DNA from: Xanthobacteraceae bacterium
GTDB taxonomy: Bacteria > Pseudomonadota > Alphaproteobacteria > Rhizobiales > Xanthobacteraceae
Reading direction: 5' to 3'
Assembly (NCBI GenBank): GCA_041287585.1
Contig: JBGGNI010000213.1
Location: 7,250 to 71,249 of the forward strand
DNA: 64,000 nt
Shown here piece after piece: positions 38,104 through 48,516 of the stretch. Position 1 is the first letter of the stretch. Each line of letters opens with the position of its first letter. A program made the translations under genes and the position numbers. A model generated the notes under the pieces. That model ran no database searches. It had not been told where the DNA came from and was given only the letters and a program-made list of their open reading frames with translations.

Positions 38104-39516
38104 TCATGAAGTGATCAGAACTTTGCCGGGATTCATCAAGCCACGGGGGTCCAGTGCGGCCTTCAAGGTGCGCATCAACTCGATCTGCACCGGATCCTTG
38201 TAGGCCGACAGCTTGCGCGGCAGCGTCTGGCCTATTCCATGCTCGGCGCTTATGCTGCCGCCCATGGCATGGGATATCCGGTAGACATGGTCGCTGACCT
38301 CGCTTGACAGCTCTTCAAATCTCGCCTTGCTGAAGAGATCGCGCGGGAAAATGACCGCGACGTGGATGTTTCCGTCGCCAAGATGGCCGACATAAACCGG
38401 AAACGCCCCGCCTTCCAGACCGCGCAACGCGGTGTCGACTTCGCGGATGAAATCGGCGGTGCGAGACGTCGGAACTGCGGTATCATGCGAAAGCACCATG
38501 CCGGCCGCGCGGTTGGCGTCCGAGACTTCGTGGCGAATGGCCCAGAATAGCTGCGCCTGCGCCTCGCTCTGCGCGATAAGTACATCGGCCAGCAGCCCGT
38601 CGTCCAGCGCGGCTGCGAGTATGTCCTCCAGCAGTTCACCGATCCCGGCGTCGGGCGCGGGATCGGCAACGCCGATCAGCACATACCAGTTATGGGGTTC
38701 CTTCATCGGCAGACGCAGAGCGGTGTGCTTTTGAACGAGACGGATCTGGCCGCGGTCCATCACCTCGAAATTTCCGAGTGCGGGACCGAGCGCCTGGTTG
38801 CAACGCTCGAGCAGTGTCAGCGCCGCATCGAGCCCCGACAGGCCGCAGAGCGCGGTTGCCGACGAGCGCGCCTTGGGAAACAGCTTCAACACCGCGGCAG
38901 TGACGATGCCCAGCGTTCCTTCCGACCCGATGAAGAGGTGCTTGAGATCGTAGCCCGCATTGTTCTTGCGCAGCGTGTGCAGCCCCTCGACCACGCGCCC
39001 GTCCGGCAGGACGGCCTCCAGGCCGAGCACAAGATCGCGCATCGGACCGTAGCGGAGCACCTCGGTGCCGCCGGCATTGGTCGAAATATTGCCGCCGATC
39101 TGGCAACTGCCTTCGCTGCCCAGGCTAAGGGGAAAGTGTCTTTCGAGCCGCTTCGCCTCATCCTGGATCGTCGCCAGGACGCAGCCGGCTTCGACGGTGA
39201 TTGCGTTGTCGAGCGGTGCAAGGGCACGAATGCGATTCATTCGCGACGTCGAGGCGATGATCTGCATGCCGGTGCCATCGGGCACCGAGCCGCCGCACAT
39301 GCCGGTATTGCCGCCCTGCGGCACGACCGCGATGCGGTTGGCGTAGGTCCAGGCCAGGCATTGCGCCAGTTGCTGCGTATTGTCGGGACGAATCACGGCC
39401 AGCGGCCTGCCTTGGAAGCGCCCGCGCCAGTCCAGCCCGTAGCCGGCAAGATCGGAGGGATCGGTAAGCAATCCGCGGGTGCCGAGTATGTTGCCGAGAG
39501 GAGTCAGATCCTGCAT
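38104..39516 (-). CDS. FAD-binding oxidoreductase (D-2-hydroxyglutarate/D-lactate dehydrogenase/GlcD family)
   Basis: VPQGGNTG, VEAGCVL, GSCQIGGNISTNAGG, LRKNNAGYDL, GSEGTLG, GHLGDGNIH, SISAEHGIG, LDPRGLMNPGK. Confidence 0.92.
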   Translation of the reverse strand: MQDLTPLGNILGTRGLLTDPSDLAGYGLDWRGRFQGRPLAVIRPDNTQQLAQCLAWTYANRIAVVPQGGNTGMCGGSVPDGTGMQIIASTSRMNRIRALAPLDNAITVEAGCVLATIQDEAKRLERHFPLSLGSEGSCQIGGNISTNAGGTEVLRYGPMRDLVLGLEAVLPDGRVVEGLHTLRKNNAGYDLKHLFIGSEGTLGIVTAAVLKLFPKARSSATALCGLSGLDAALTLLERCNQALGPALGNFEVMDRGQIRLVQKHTALRLPMKEPHNWYVLIGVADPAPDAGIGELLEDILAAALDDGLLADVLIAQSEAQAQLFWAIRHEVSDANRAAGMVLSHDTAVPTSRTADFIREVDTALRGLEGGAFPVYVGHLGDGNIHVAVIFPRDLFSKARFEELSSEVSDHVYRISHAMGGSISAEHGIGQTLPRKLSAYKDPVQIELMRTLKAALDPRGLMNPGKVLITS

Positions 39517-39529
39517 CACGATGACAAGC

Positions 39530-40258
39530 TCATTTCGACACGGATTTTTCTTGCCGGTAGCGCGCCAGTTCGTCGCCGTGCAGTGGATAGGTCCCGAATA
39601 CGATGGCGCCGGCACGGATTTTCTTGAGGACATAGTCCTCCATGTCGTCGTAGTCCGCCGCCTCGCGTGCGACCTGGGGCGCCATCTCGTGCGGCACGAC
39701 GACCACCCCATCAGGATCGCCGACGAGGTAGTCGCCGGGATAGATCGCGCATTCGCCGATCGTGATGGGACATTCCATCTCGACGAACCGGTGTGCGAAG
39801 TAAGTCGGCGGCGGGCAGACGGCACTGAGATAGACCGGCATGCCGAGATGTTCGATTTCGAAGCCGTCCCGACAGCCGCCGTCGGTAACCACGGCGGCCA
39901 CGCCACGAATGGCCATGCGTTCGTAGAGGATGGCGCCGCCAACGGCGCCGAAGGCATTGCCTCGTGCCTCGATGGCCATCACGTAGCCGGGCGGGCATCG
40001 CTCTACACTCTGGCGTTGCACGCTGTTGTGCGGGTTCTCCAGATCGAGCTTCCTGTCCAGTTCCAGCTTGTCCTCCCGCACCGCCACCGTTCGAACCGTG
40101 AAGGCGGGAGCGACGAACCGGTAGCTATTTCCGCGCAACGGACCGACGCCGCGAAGAAAGGTATGCTGCAAGCCGCGCTTGTACATGATGGTCGTCAGCG
40201 TTGCCGTATTGGTGGACTTTAACAGAGTGATGGTATCGGTATCCAACGACGCGATCAT
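39530..40258 (-). CDS. RraA-like / HMG aldolase family protein
   Basis: TATLTTIMYKRG, GGAIL..RM..RGVAAVVTDGGCRD, PGDYLVGDPDGVVVVP. Confidence 0.85.
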   Translation of the reverse strand: MIASLDTDTITLLKSTNTATLTTIMYKRGLQHTFLRGVGPLRGNSYRFVAPAFTVRTVAVREDKLELDRKLDLENPHNSVQRQSVERCPPGYVMAIEARGNAFGAVGGAILYERMAIRGVAAVVTDGGCRDGFEIEHLGMPVYLSAVCPPPTYFAHRFVEMECPITIGECAIYPGDYLVGDPDGVVVVPHEMAPQVAREAADYDDMEDYVLKKIRAGAIVFGTYPLHGDELARYRQEKSVSK

Positions 40259-40291
40259 AGCGTGGTCCTTGCAGGTATTTGTTCGCGACCG

Positions 40292-40327
40292 GCCGAACGC
40301 CCCCGGCTTGCGGCGGGGGCCTTCGGC
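40292..40327 (-). other. Stem-loop immediately downstream of the family-5 SBP gene
   Basis: GCCGAA-C-GCCCCCG ... CGGGGGC-C-TTCGGC inverted repeat. Confidence 0.55.
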
Positions 40328-40329
40328 GA

Positions 40330-41877
40330 CTAATTGCTGGCTCCGAGCGTCCAGAGCACGGCATGTGCGAAGCCGGCCCTCGGCTTCCATGCCAGACTTT
40401 TGCGCAGACCCCAGATCGAGTTGAGCGTGAACATCGGCACCACAAGGGCCTGCTTGTCGATATAGGCGAACGCTTCATGGAGATTTTCGGTACGAATCTT
40501 TTCGGTCTTCGCACTCTTCACCTTTTCCAGCAGTGCGTTCAGCGTCGGATCGTCGTAGAACGAAGCCGAGCCACCCTTGCCGACCACGCGCTCCAGCCGT
40601 GCCAGCGGATCGGAATTGTGCTCGATCCAGCGGTACTGCAGCACATCGTGCTTGGAATAATCCTTCACCTCGGCGCCGCGGAAGGCCAGCAGCGTGCCGT
40701 ATTCGTGCAGGCTGAGGTCCACCTTCAGGCCGATCTCGCTGAAGAAGTAAACCAGTGCCTCGGCCAGTTCCTTGGCGTGCGGAACGTTGTCCGCCATGGC
40801 CCAGAGGCGGATAGGCCGGCTGGTGTCGTAACCGGACTCGGCCACCAACTGCTTGGCCTTTTTGGGATCGTAGCCGTAGCCTTTACCCATCGGCTCGCAA
40901 CCGACGACCGATGACACGCACCACATGGTCATTGGCTTCGCCGCGCCGAAATAGAGCTTTTCGGCGATGACCCTCTTGTCGATCGCGTGGTTAAGCGCCT
41001 GGCGAAGCTTGAGATCGAACACCGGCGATTGTGCATTCAGCCCGAGGAAGAACATCATGTAGGGCTCGACCTGCACGGTCTTGGTGTCGGGGCCGGCATC
41101 GAGTGCCGCCTTCATGAACGGCGGAACATTCTGAACCATGTCGGCTTCACCGGTGCGCAGCATCGCAACACGGGCGCCATCGTCCGGCACCACCTTCATG
41201 GTCACGCCGTCGATCGTCGGCGCGCGACCCCAATGTCCCTTGAACGCTTCGAACTCCATGCTGGTGCCGACCGACCGCGATACGAACTTGAAGGGTCCCG
41301 TACCGATCGGCTTGTCGGCGAAATTGGCGGAGCCGATCGCCTCGACGTATTTCTTCGGAACGATAAGCCAATGCGGATTGATGTTCTCAAGGAACGCATA
41401 ATCCGGGGCATCGAGGGTGATCGTAATATCGTAGTCGTCCTTGACGTCGATCGAGACGATACGTGCGGCGACGGTGCTGGCATGCACGTTCTTGTTCGCG
41501 GGATCCTTGGCGCGCTTCCAGCTGAAGACCACGTCCTCCGCGGTGAAAGCGTCGCCATTGTGGAACTTCACGCCCTTGCGCAGCTTGAAGGTGTAAACCT
41601 GCCCGGCGGGGTCGGCCGTCCACTCGGTCGCCAGTTCTGGGACGAGCTTGCCTTGATCGTCGATTCCGACCAACCCTTCATAGACATTGGCGAACATGGC
41701 GAAGTCGACACCGCTCGTTGCCCGGTGCGGATCGGTGATGAATATGTCCTGCTGGACGGCCACGACGATTTGGCCCGGCTTGGACAGGGCATGGCCCGGC
41801 TGAAACGCGACGAACGTAAGAGTGAAGGCAAACGCAAGGCCGCGAAGCGTATGCAGTAGGCGTCCTCTTGAGATCAT
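40330..41877 (-). CDS. ABC transporter substrate-binding protein, family 5 (Dpp/Opp-like)
   Basis: AGGAGG RBS; signal peptide; PELATEW, YTFKLRKGVKFHNG..FTAEDV.FS, PIGTGPFK, LRQALNHAID. Confidence 0.93.
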   Translation of the reverse strand: MISRGRLLHTLRGLAFAFTLTFVAFQPGHALSKPGQIVVAVQQDIFITDPHRATSGVDFAMFANVYEGLVGIDDQGKLVPELATEWTADPAGQVYTFKLRKGVKFHNGDAFTAEDVVFSWKRAKDPANKNVHASTVAARIVSIDVKDDYDITITLDAPDYAFLENINPHWLIVPKKYVEAIGSANFADKPIGTGPFKFVSRSVGTSMEFEAFKGHWGRAPTIDGVTMKVVPDDGARVAMLRTGEADMVQNVPPFMKAALDAGPDTKTVQVEPYMMFFLGLNAQSPVFDLKLRQALNHAIDKRVIAEKLYFGAAKPMTMWCVSSVVGCEPMGKGYGYDPKKAKQLVAESGYDTSRPIRLWAMADNVPHAKELAEALVYFFSEIGLKVDLSLHEYGTLLAFRGAEVKDYSKHDVLQYRWIEHNSDPLARLERVVGKGGSASFYDDPTLNALLEKVKSAKTEKIRTENLHEAFAYIDKQALVVPMFTLNSIWGLRKSLAWKPRAGFAHAVLWTLGASN

Positions 41878-41903
41878 GACGGTTTCCTCCTTGTTTATTG
41901 ATT

Positions 41904-42887
41904 TTAGGCTGCTAGCTCTCGGTGCCTGTGGCAGGCAACGCTGTGGGTTGTGTCGAGAATTTCGAGTTGCGGCTGCTCCTCGTTGCAGCGTGCGACGGCG
42001 AAGGTGCAGCGGCCGGCAAAGCCGCATCCGCGGGGAATGTCCACCGGGCTGGGCACAGCACCGGCGAGCGTTCGGCTTTGCGGCACCGCGCCGGTTTCGT
42101 TCGATCGCGCAAGATCGAGCAGCGCGCGCGTGTAGGGATGCCGCGGATTCTCGAAAATCTGCGTGCGTTCGCCTGTCTCGACGATCTTGCCGAGATACAT
42201 CACGCCGACTTCGTCGGCCATGAACTCGACGATCGCCAGATCGTGGGAGATGAACGCATAGGTCAGCGACCGCGCTTCCTGCAGGTCCTTCAACAGGTTC
42301 AGGATCTGCGCCCGCACCGACACATCGAGCGCCGATACCGGTTCGTCGAGAACCATCAGTTCCGGCGAAACGGACAGTGCCCGCGCGATAGCCAGCCGCT
42401 GCCGCTGGCCGCCGCTGAACTCGTGCGGGTAGAGTTGCGCGGTCTCCGGTGACAGGCCGACCTGGCGAAGCAGCGTTTCGACAAGCTCGGTCTTTTCAGC
42501 ACGCGTCAGACGGCGCTGGGCACGAAGCGGCTCGGATACGTAGTTCAGCACCCGTTCCCGCGGGTTCATCGCCGCGACCGGGTCCTGCATGACGACCTGC
42601 ACACGGCTGCGCATTCGCCGGTCGGCCGCGCCGGTCAGGCCGGAAAGCTGCTGCCCGTCGATCTCGACCGTTCCCTCAGTCGGCACCTCGAGACGGAGCA
42701 GCAATTTTGCCAGCGTGCTCTTGCCGCATCCCGATTCCCCGACCAGGGCGAAGGTGCGGCCTTTATGTATGGCGATGTCCACGCCGCGGACGGCGCTTAT
42801 TTCGGGTGATCGCGCAAAGAGCGACTGCCGCGGCAGTGCATACTGCTTGGTTACGCCGGTCATGCGCACGAACGGCCGGGCCGTCAC
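41904..42887 (-). CDS. Oligopeptide-type ABC ATP-binding protein (DppF-like)
   Basis: GTGA overlap; [36 protein letters not shown]-terminal Cys cluster. Confidence 0.93.
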   Translation of the reverse strand: MTARPFVRMTGVTKQYALPRQSLFARSPEISAVRGVDIAIHKGRTFALVGESGCGKSTLAKLLLRLEVPTEGTVEIDGQQLSGLTGAADRRMRSRVQVVMQDPVAAMNPRERVLNYVSEPLRAQRRLTRAEKTELVETLLRQVGLSPETAQLYPHEFSGGQRQRLAIARALSVSPELMVLDEPVSALDVSVRAQILNLLKDLQEARSLTYAFISHDLAIVEFMADEVGVMYLGKIVETGERTQIFENPRHPYTRALLDLARSNETGAVPQSRTLAGAVPSPVDIPRGCGFAGRCTFAVARCNEEQPQLEILDTTHSVACHRHRELAA

Positions 42888-43900
42888 AGCCGCACCTGCG
42901 ACAGGGCCGGTGCCGCGACGACGGGCAAGGCAGCCGCATCGAAGAGATGGCAGGCAACGGCGCGGCCGCCTTTCTCGCCGGTCAGCAACGGGCGCTCGGC
43001 CGCGCAGCGTTCTATGGCAAATGCGCAGCGCGGCGCGAACGCGCATCCCTCGATCGCTTTGGCAAGATCGGGCGTGCCCCCCTCGATGGTCTGGAGCCGG
43101 CGGCGGCGATCGCCGATCCGGGGCAGGGAGCCGACCAGGGCGGCGGTATAGGGGTGTCTGGGATGCGCGAATGCTTCGGCAGCCCGCGACTCCTCCACGA
43201 GGCGTCCGCCGTACATGACCAGAACGCGATCGCAGAGCCGCCTGATGATGCCGAGGTCATGCGTGACGATGATGAAGGTGCAGCCGGTAAGGTCGCGAAT
43301 CTCCCGGAACAGGCCGAGGATCTGCTCCTGGATGGTGACGTCGAGTGCGGTTGTCGGCTCGTCGGCCAGAAGCAGCATGGGCCTGGGCGCGCTCGCCATA
43401 GCCGTGACGACGCGCTGGCGCATGCCGCCGGACAGTTGATGCGGGTAGCTCCGGGCACGGCGCTCGGGATCGGAAATGTGGACCTGTTCGAGAAGTTGAA
43501 GCATGCGGCGCCTGCGCTCCTCGCCGCTCAAGCCGACGACATGGCGCAGCACTTCATCGATCTGGGCACCGATTTTGAAGACGGGATCGAGCGAGGTCAG
43601 CGGGTTCTGCAGGATCATGCTCATCTTGCGACCGCGGATGCCGCGCATCTGGCTTTCGGATTTGGTCGCAATCTCCTCGCCATCGAGCCTGATGCTTCCC
43701 TTCAGTGTTGCCGCCGGCGGCAGCGACCGTGAAATTGCGTGGCAGAGAGTCGATTTTCCGCAGCCCGACTCACCGGCGATTCCGACAAATTCGCCCGGCT
43801 GAACCGAGAAGCTGACGTCGCTGACCGCGCAGACCAGCCCGCGGCGCGACCTGATCTCGACGCTGAGATTGCTTACGGAAAGCAACGGCTCGGCAGCCAT
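42884..43900 (-). CDS. Oligopeptide-type ABC ATP-binding protein (DppD-like)
   Basis: [43 protein letters not shown]. Confidence 0.93.
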   Translation of the reverse strand: MAAEPLLSVSNLSVEIRSRRGLVCAVSDVSFSVQPGEFVGIAGESGCGKSTLCHAISRSLPPAATLKGSIRLDGEEIATKSESQMRGIRGRKMSMILQNPLTSLDPVFKIGAQIDEVLRHVVGLSGEERRRRMLQLLEQVHISDPERRARSYPHQLSGGMRQRVVTAMASAPRPMLLLADEPTTALDVTIQEQILGLFREIRDLTGCTFIIVTHDLGIIRRLCDRVLVMYGGRLVEESRAAEAFAHPRHPYTAALVGSLPRIGDRRRRLQTIEGGTPDLAKAIEGCAFAPRCAFAIERCAAERPLLTGEKGGRAVACHLFDAAALPVVAAPALSQVRL

Positions 43901-44811
43901 CAGTTGATCCCCATGCGCGGGTCGAGCCGGTCCCGTAACCAGTCGCCCAGCAGGTTGAAGGCAAGCACGGTGAACAGGATCGCCAAGCCGGGAAATGCCG
44001 CCAGCCACCAGGCATGGGTGATGAACACCTGCCCGTCGGCCAGCATCAGCCCCCAGGAGGTGTCGGGCGGCTGGATCCCGAGACCCAGAAAGGAGAGCGT
44101 CGCTTCCAAGACGATGACGCGCCCGACATCGATGGTCGCCAGCACGATCACGGAATTCATCACATTGGGGAGAATGTGAACGGCGGCGATCCGCCATGGC
44201 TTCACGCCGGCCACCCGCGCCAGCGCCACGAAATCGGCCTCGCGGACTTTAAGCACCTCGCCACGCACCAGCCGCGCATAGCGCGGCCAATTCGTCAGCC
44301 ACATCACGATCACGATGCTCTGGAAGCTCACGCCGACCGCAGCAATGAAAGCCAGGACCACGAGGATGAAGGGCATCGACAGAAAGGCATCGACTGTCCG
44401 CATGACGATGGCACCGATCCAACTCGGCCCATAGCCGGCAAGGATGCCGAGGAAGACGCCAAAGACGCCGGCGCCGACCACGCCGATCGCCGAGATCATG
44501 AGCGAGAGTTGCGCACCGTAGATGAGCCGGCTGAGTTGGTCGCGGCCGAGCTGGTCGGTCCCGAGCAGATGCTTGATCGAGCCGCCGTCCTGCCAGGCCG
44601 GCGGTTCCAACGAATTGAGGAAGCTCACGCGACCGGGCGGGTAGGGCGACACCCAGTCGGCGAAGATTGCGGAAAATACGAAGATGCCGGCGACGAGCAG
44701 AGCGAAAAGCGGGGCGGGTGCGGCGCGATACGATGTCCAAAGCCGCAGCAGAAATCCCGGCACGCGCCGGACAGGCGGATTCTGGAACTGGGCGGCGGGT
44801 ATGTGCGTCAC
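43900..44811 (-). CDS. Peptide-type ABC permease (DppC-like)
   Basis: HLLGTDQLGRD, ARLVRGEVL, HILPNV, EATLSFLGLG, FNLLGDWLRD. Confidence 0.93.
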   Translation of the reverse strand: MTHIPAAQFQNPPVRRVPGFLLRLWTSYRAAPAPLFALLVAGIFVFSAIFADWVSPYPPGRVSFLNSLEPPAWQDGGSIKHLLGTDQLGRDQLSRLIYGAQLSLMISAIGVVGAGVFGVFLGILAGYGPSWIGAIVMRTVDAFLSMPFILVVLAFIAAVGVSFQSIVIVMWLTNWPRYARLVRGEVLKVREADFVALARVAGVKPWRIAAVHILPNVMNSVIVLATIDVGRVIVLEATLSFLGLGIQPPDTSWGLMLADGQVFITHAWWLAAFPGLAILFTVLAFNLLGDWLRDRLDPRMGIN

Positions 44812-45722
44812 AACCGCACCCGAGCATCAAGAAGACGGTAGCTGATATCGGTCAGAAAATTGACCACAAGGAAGAAGCCCGCGATTACGATCACCGATGC
44901 CTGGATGACGGGAAAGTCCCGGAACATGATGGCACTGACCGTGAGGTGTCCCAGACCGGGCCAGCCGAATATGACCTCGGTTACCACCGAGCCGCCGAGC
45001 AGCGCTCCCAGTTGCAGCGCGGTCAGGGTCACTACGGGGATCGAGGCGTTGCGCAGGGCATGCTTCCAGATGATCAGCCGTTGCGGCAGGCCGGTTAGTC
45101 GCTGCAGCTTGATGAAATCGGCCTGCATCACCTCCATCATGCTGGAGCGCGTGATTCGGGTGATGTAGGCGGCTGTTGTCAGCCCAAGGGTGACGGTCGG
45201 CATGATCAGCTGGGCGCCGGTTCCGTAACCCGAGGTCGGCAGCCAGCGCAGCGAGACCGCGAACACCAGGATAAGCATCAGCCCGAACCAGAAATTCGGC
45301 ACGGCCTGACCGACGGTGGCCGCCCAGCGTATGGCTTGGTCGGAGATGGAGCCGTGCCGCAGCGCCGCCAGTATGCCGAGCGGGATGCCGATGGCGGCGG
45401 CGAGGAAAAGTGCGGAAAAGGCGAGCAGGGCCGTTGCCGGCACGCGGCTCATGACCAGATCGAAGGCCGGAACGCTGTAGCGGAAGGAACTGCCGAAGTC
45501 GCCGCGCACGGCGTTACCGATAAAAGTGACGAACTGCTGCGGGATCGGCTTGTCGAGGCCAAGCTGACGGCGGAAGAACTCGATGTCTTCGTTGGTGGCG
45601 GTGGACGGCATGAGAAGCGGCACCGGATCGCCGGCAAGACGAGCGAGCCCGAAAGCGAGCATCGCAACGATGAGCGCCGTCGCCGCGCTGTGAGCCAATC
45701 GTTGCAGAATAAAATGTGCCAT
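44808..45722 (-). CDS. Peptide-type ABC permease (DppB-like)
   Basis: LGLDKP..QF, GDFGSS, PNFWFG, KHALRNA, VTEVIFGWPGLG, RDFPVIQ. Confidence 0.93.
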   Translation of the reverse strand: MAHFILQRLAHSAATALIVAMLAFGLARLAGDPVPLLMPSTATNEDIEFFRRQLGLDKPIPQQFVTFIGNAVRGDFGSSFRYSVPAFDLVMSRVPATALLAFSALFLAAAIGIPLGILAALRHGSISDQAIRWAATVGQAVPNFWFGLMLILVFAVSLRWLPTSGYGTGAQLIMPTVTLGLTTAAYITRITRSSMMEVMQADFIKLQRLTGLPQRLIIWKHALRNASIPVVTLTALQLGALLGGSVVTEVIFGWPGLGHLTVSAIMFRDFPVIQASVIVIAGFFLVVNFLTDISYRLLDARVRL

Positions 45723-45765
45723 TCGCGAGCCCTCGATTGACCGGAGTAGACAGCGTCCGGCTTTA

Positions 45766-45795
45766 TGTCAACGTTTTTGTCTTTTGTTTACAAAA
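45766..45795. promoter_or_regulatory. Putative GntR operator upstream of the dpp-like operon
   Basis: TGTCAAC at 45766 and near-palindrome TTTTGT-TT-ACAAAA at 45782-45795 in an AT-rich stretch. Confidence 0.6.
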
Positions 45796-46004
45796 TTGTT
45801 TTCGACAATCCCACGACAGCGGGAGTGCGCTGTTCGGAACGGACGGGTTGCGACGGTAGCCGAGGATGCCCGATCGGAGCGCGCGGCCGGAATGAAAGGG
45901 CGATCAGCGAGCCTTCAAGAAGATCGAACCGTCATTATCGGCATCGAACGCGGCCCTCCGTCTTCCGCCGGTGGCGGGGACGCACACACCGGTGTCGAAT
46001 GCTC

Positions 46005-46457
46005 CTAGGCCAGTATCTTCCAGATGCCATGGCTCGTTGCAATAAGCCGTTGCTTTTCGAACAGTCGGCCCCGGACGAAGATAATGGTTCGCGTGCGGCG
46101 CATCACCTCGCAGTCGATCTCGACGATGTTGCCAAGCCAAGCGGCATCGATGAAGTCGACATTGAGCTGCACCGTGGCCTGCTTGATAGCAGGATCGTTG
46201 TTGCGCGCCGCGCCGCCCATGGCACGGTCAGCAAAGGTCATCAACATTCCACCCTGCACCACGCCGCGACGGTTGCGGTGTTTTGACTCGGCCAGGAAGG
46301 CGTAGCGATGTCCGAAGCGGTCGGGCGCGCGCCAAACCGGGCCGACCAGCCCGATGAAGCCGTCATCGGGCTCGACGCTCCAGCCCTCGCGCGCCAGATC
46401 CTCCGTACTGTGGGTATTGGACGGCGCTATATCGATCATGTACTTGCTCGTGCGCAC
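46005..46457 (-). CDS. PaaI family hot-dog thioesterase
   Basis: HRNRRGVVQGGMLMTFAD, ATVQLNVDF, ATSHGIWK; start may be ATG 46439. Confidence 0.88.
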   Translation of the reverse strand: MRTSKYMIDIAPSNTHSTEDLAREGWSVEPDDGFIGLVGPVWRAPDRFGHRYAFLAESKHRNRRGVVQGGMLMTFADRAMGGAARNNDPAIKQATVQLNVDFIDAAWLGNIVEIDCEVMRRTRTIIFVRGRLFEKQRLIATSHGIWKILA

Positions 46458-46493
46458 TGTTGCCGCTTGCCTCGTCTGGCCGATACGAGGCCA

Positions 46494-47291
46494 TCAGCGT
46501 CCTTTGTAGGGCGCCGGCTTGCGCTTTTCGGCGAAGGCACGGGCGCTTTCGGCGAAGTCTTCGGTAAGGTGCAGTTTGAGCGGGTTGGTCTGCGCATAGG
46601 CCTCGCGCTCGGCCTGGTCCATGTACCAGCGGCGCGTGCGTACGGTGGACCTGACGCTGAGCGGAGGATTGGCATTCACTTGCTGCGCCAGTTCGCGCGC
46701 CTGCCGGATATATTCGCCCTTGGGAGCAACGCGGTTGATGACGCCGGCGGCCAGGGCCTCCTCGGCGGTAAAGAATCGGCCGGTCAGCGTTGCCTCGACC
46801 GCGAAGGCGTTGGCGGCGCGGAAGTTGAGCAAGGCCCAATAGCGCGACCCCGGCAGGCCACGGGTGGTTTCGGTGACCTGGAAGCGGGTTCCTTCCTCGG
46901 CGACGATGAGGTCGCATTGCAAAATGAGGCCCAGCCCCATGCCGATGGCATACCCATGCGGCGCGCCGATGACCGGCTTCCAATTGACCGAGCGGGTCAG
47001 AATGTCGGAAGCGTGCGCGCCCCAGGCTTGGGGGCCGCCATGCTTGGCGAACTCCTCCCGCGAACGCAATTGCCGCTGATGAACGTCGGCTCCGCTGGAG
47101 AAGGCGCGCCCGGCGCCGGTGATGATGGCGATGTTCGCGTCGGGATCGATGTCGAAGCGGCGCACCGCGGCACCCAATTGCAGAACGGAATCGTCGGAAA
47201 AGGCATTGAGCTTTTCCGGGCGATTGAGGGTGATCGTCGCGATCTGGTCTTCGACGCTGTAGGTCACCAGTTCATGGTTTTCAGCGGTCAT
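46494..47291 (-). CDS. Enoyl-CoA hydratase/isomerase (crotonase) family protein
   Basis: ITLNRPEKLNA, GAGRAFSSGAD, KPVIGAPHGYAIGMG, CDLIVA, EKRKP. Confidence 0.92.
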   Translation of the reverse strand: MTAENHELVTYSVEDQIATITLNRPEKLNAFSDDSVLQLGAAVRRFDIDPDANIAIITGAGRAFSSGADVHQRQLRSREEFAKHGGPQAWGAHASDILTRSVNWKPVIGAPHGYAIGMGLGLILQCDLIVAEEGTRFQVTETTRGLPGSRYWALLNFRAANAFAVEATLTGRFFTAEEALAAGVINRVAPKGEYIRQARELAQQVNANPPLSVRSTVRTRRWYMDQAEREAYAQTNPLKLHLTEDFAESARAFAEKRKPAPYKGR

Positions 47292-47317
47292 TTATGCCTC
47301 CCTTTTTTCAAAAATAT

Positions 47318-48472
47318 TCATGCTGGTCTCGGAATCGATTTGGCGGCGACGAGCGCTGCTCCGCCCAGGAACACCGCGAGCAGCAGGAAAACGCCGGAAA
47401 CGCCGGCGAACAGCGCCAACCCGCCTCCCGCCACCGGGATGAAGACCTGGCTAAGCCGCAATGCCGACTGCCGCAGCGACAAGACGGTGCCGCGGTCGGC
47501 GCGTGGCGCGATATCGATGATGATCGAAAGCGTGATCGGCAAAGCTGCACCCAGGCCGAAACCGGTGATGAGGATGGCGACCACCAGAAAGGGCAGCGGC
47601 GCCGGGATCGTCAGCAGGGCAACCCCGATGGCCGAGCCGCCAATGGTCAGGGCCAGGAATGCGTTGCGGGACAGGTGCCTGATCATGCTGCCATAGGCCA
47701 GCCGCGCCGCCAGCGTCGCCAGCGCCCGCAGCGAGAGCAGGCTGGCCACGACGGCCGCTTCGATCTGGCGCTCGGTGCCCAGCACCGGCAGGTAAATGGC
47801 CAGCAGATCGAGCGCCGCCATGACGGCGATGCCGCTGAGGATGGCCGTCGGCAGGCCGGGAATGCGCACCAGCGAGCCGATCTTGCTGCGATCGCCGGCC
47901 ACTACCGGAACCGGCGCCGTCAGCCCCCTGACCACGGGCAGGGTAATGAGGAAATGAAAGGTCGCAACGCCGCCGCCGATGAGAAAGACCGGCCCCATAT
48001 CCGGGCGTGTCCCCTGCGCCGGCAGCGCAATCAGCACAGGCCCGATCGCCTGGCCCAGCGAAATGGCCGCGGCATACCAGCCGAACTGCGCATCGCGGCG
48101 CGCCGGGTCGCTATGCGACGCGACATAGGAGTGCTGGCCGACCATGGTCAGAAAATGGCCGAGCCCGAGCGCCATGGTAGCGGCGGTGAGGCCGAGCGCG
48201 CTGCCGCGAAACAGCAGGAACAGCGCGGCCGAAACCACCAGGAAGACGCTCCCGCCGAGCAGCGCGGGGGGCTCTCCGTGCCGGTCGAGCAACCGGCCGA
48301 CAAACACAGAAAAGAAGATCGGAAAGAGCGCGAAACTCGACGACACCAAACCGATGGTCAGCGTCGACATGCCGAGTTCTATGCCCTGATAGGATGTGGC
48401 GACGCGCAGCACCACGGCGATGATCTGCAGCGTAACGGCTTGAATCATGAAGAGCAGGATTCGCCTGTTCAT
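47318..48472 (-). CDS. MFS transporter
   Basis: About 384 aa, about 12 hydrophobic segments; GRLLDRHG motif A; real start ATG 48472 within the 906-aa ORF call. Confidence 0.85.
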   Translation of the reverse strand: MNRRILLFMIQAVTLQIIAVVLRVATSYQGIELGMSTLTIGLVSSSFALFPIFFSVFVGRLLDRHGEPPALLGGSVFLVVSAALFLLFRGSALGLTAATMALGLGHFLTMVGQHSYVASHSDPARRDAQFGWYAAAISLGQAIGPVLIALPAQGTRPDMGPVFLIGGGVATFHFLITLPVVRGLTAPVPVVAGDRSKIGSLVRIPGLPTAILSGIAVMAALDLLAIYLPVLGTERQIEAAVVASLLSLRALATLAARLAYGSMIRHLSRNAFLALTIGGSAIGVALLTIPAPLPFLVVAILITGFGLGAALPITLSIIIDIAPRADRGTVLSLRQSALRLSQVFIPVAGGGLALFAGVSGVFLLLAVFLGGAALVAAKSIPRPA

Positions 48473-48516
48473 AGCCCTGCTCCGCGTTTGAACGTCATCG
48501 CTGAGAACGCTCACGC

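Noticed and set aside
39530-40258. RNase E regulator RraA or MenG methyltransferase
   Set aside because: Length (about 242 aa), intact GG..RD aldolase-type motif and catabolic context fit an aldolase/decarboxylase better
45765-46286. Small plus-strand ORFs in the dppB-paaI gap
   Set aside because: No RBS or recognisable motifs; they overlap the AT-rich promoter/operator and the paaI gene
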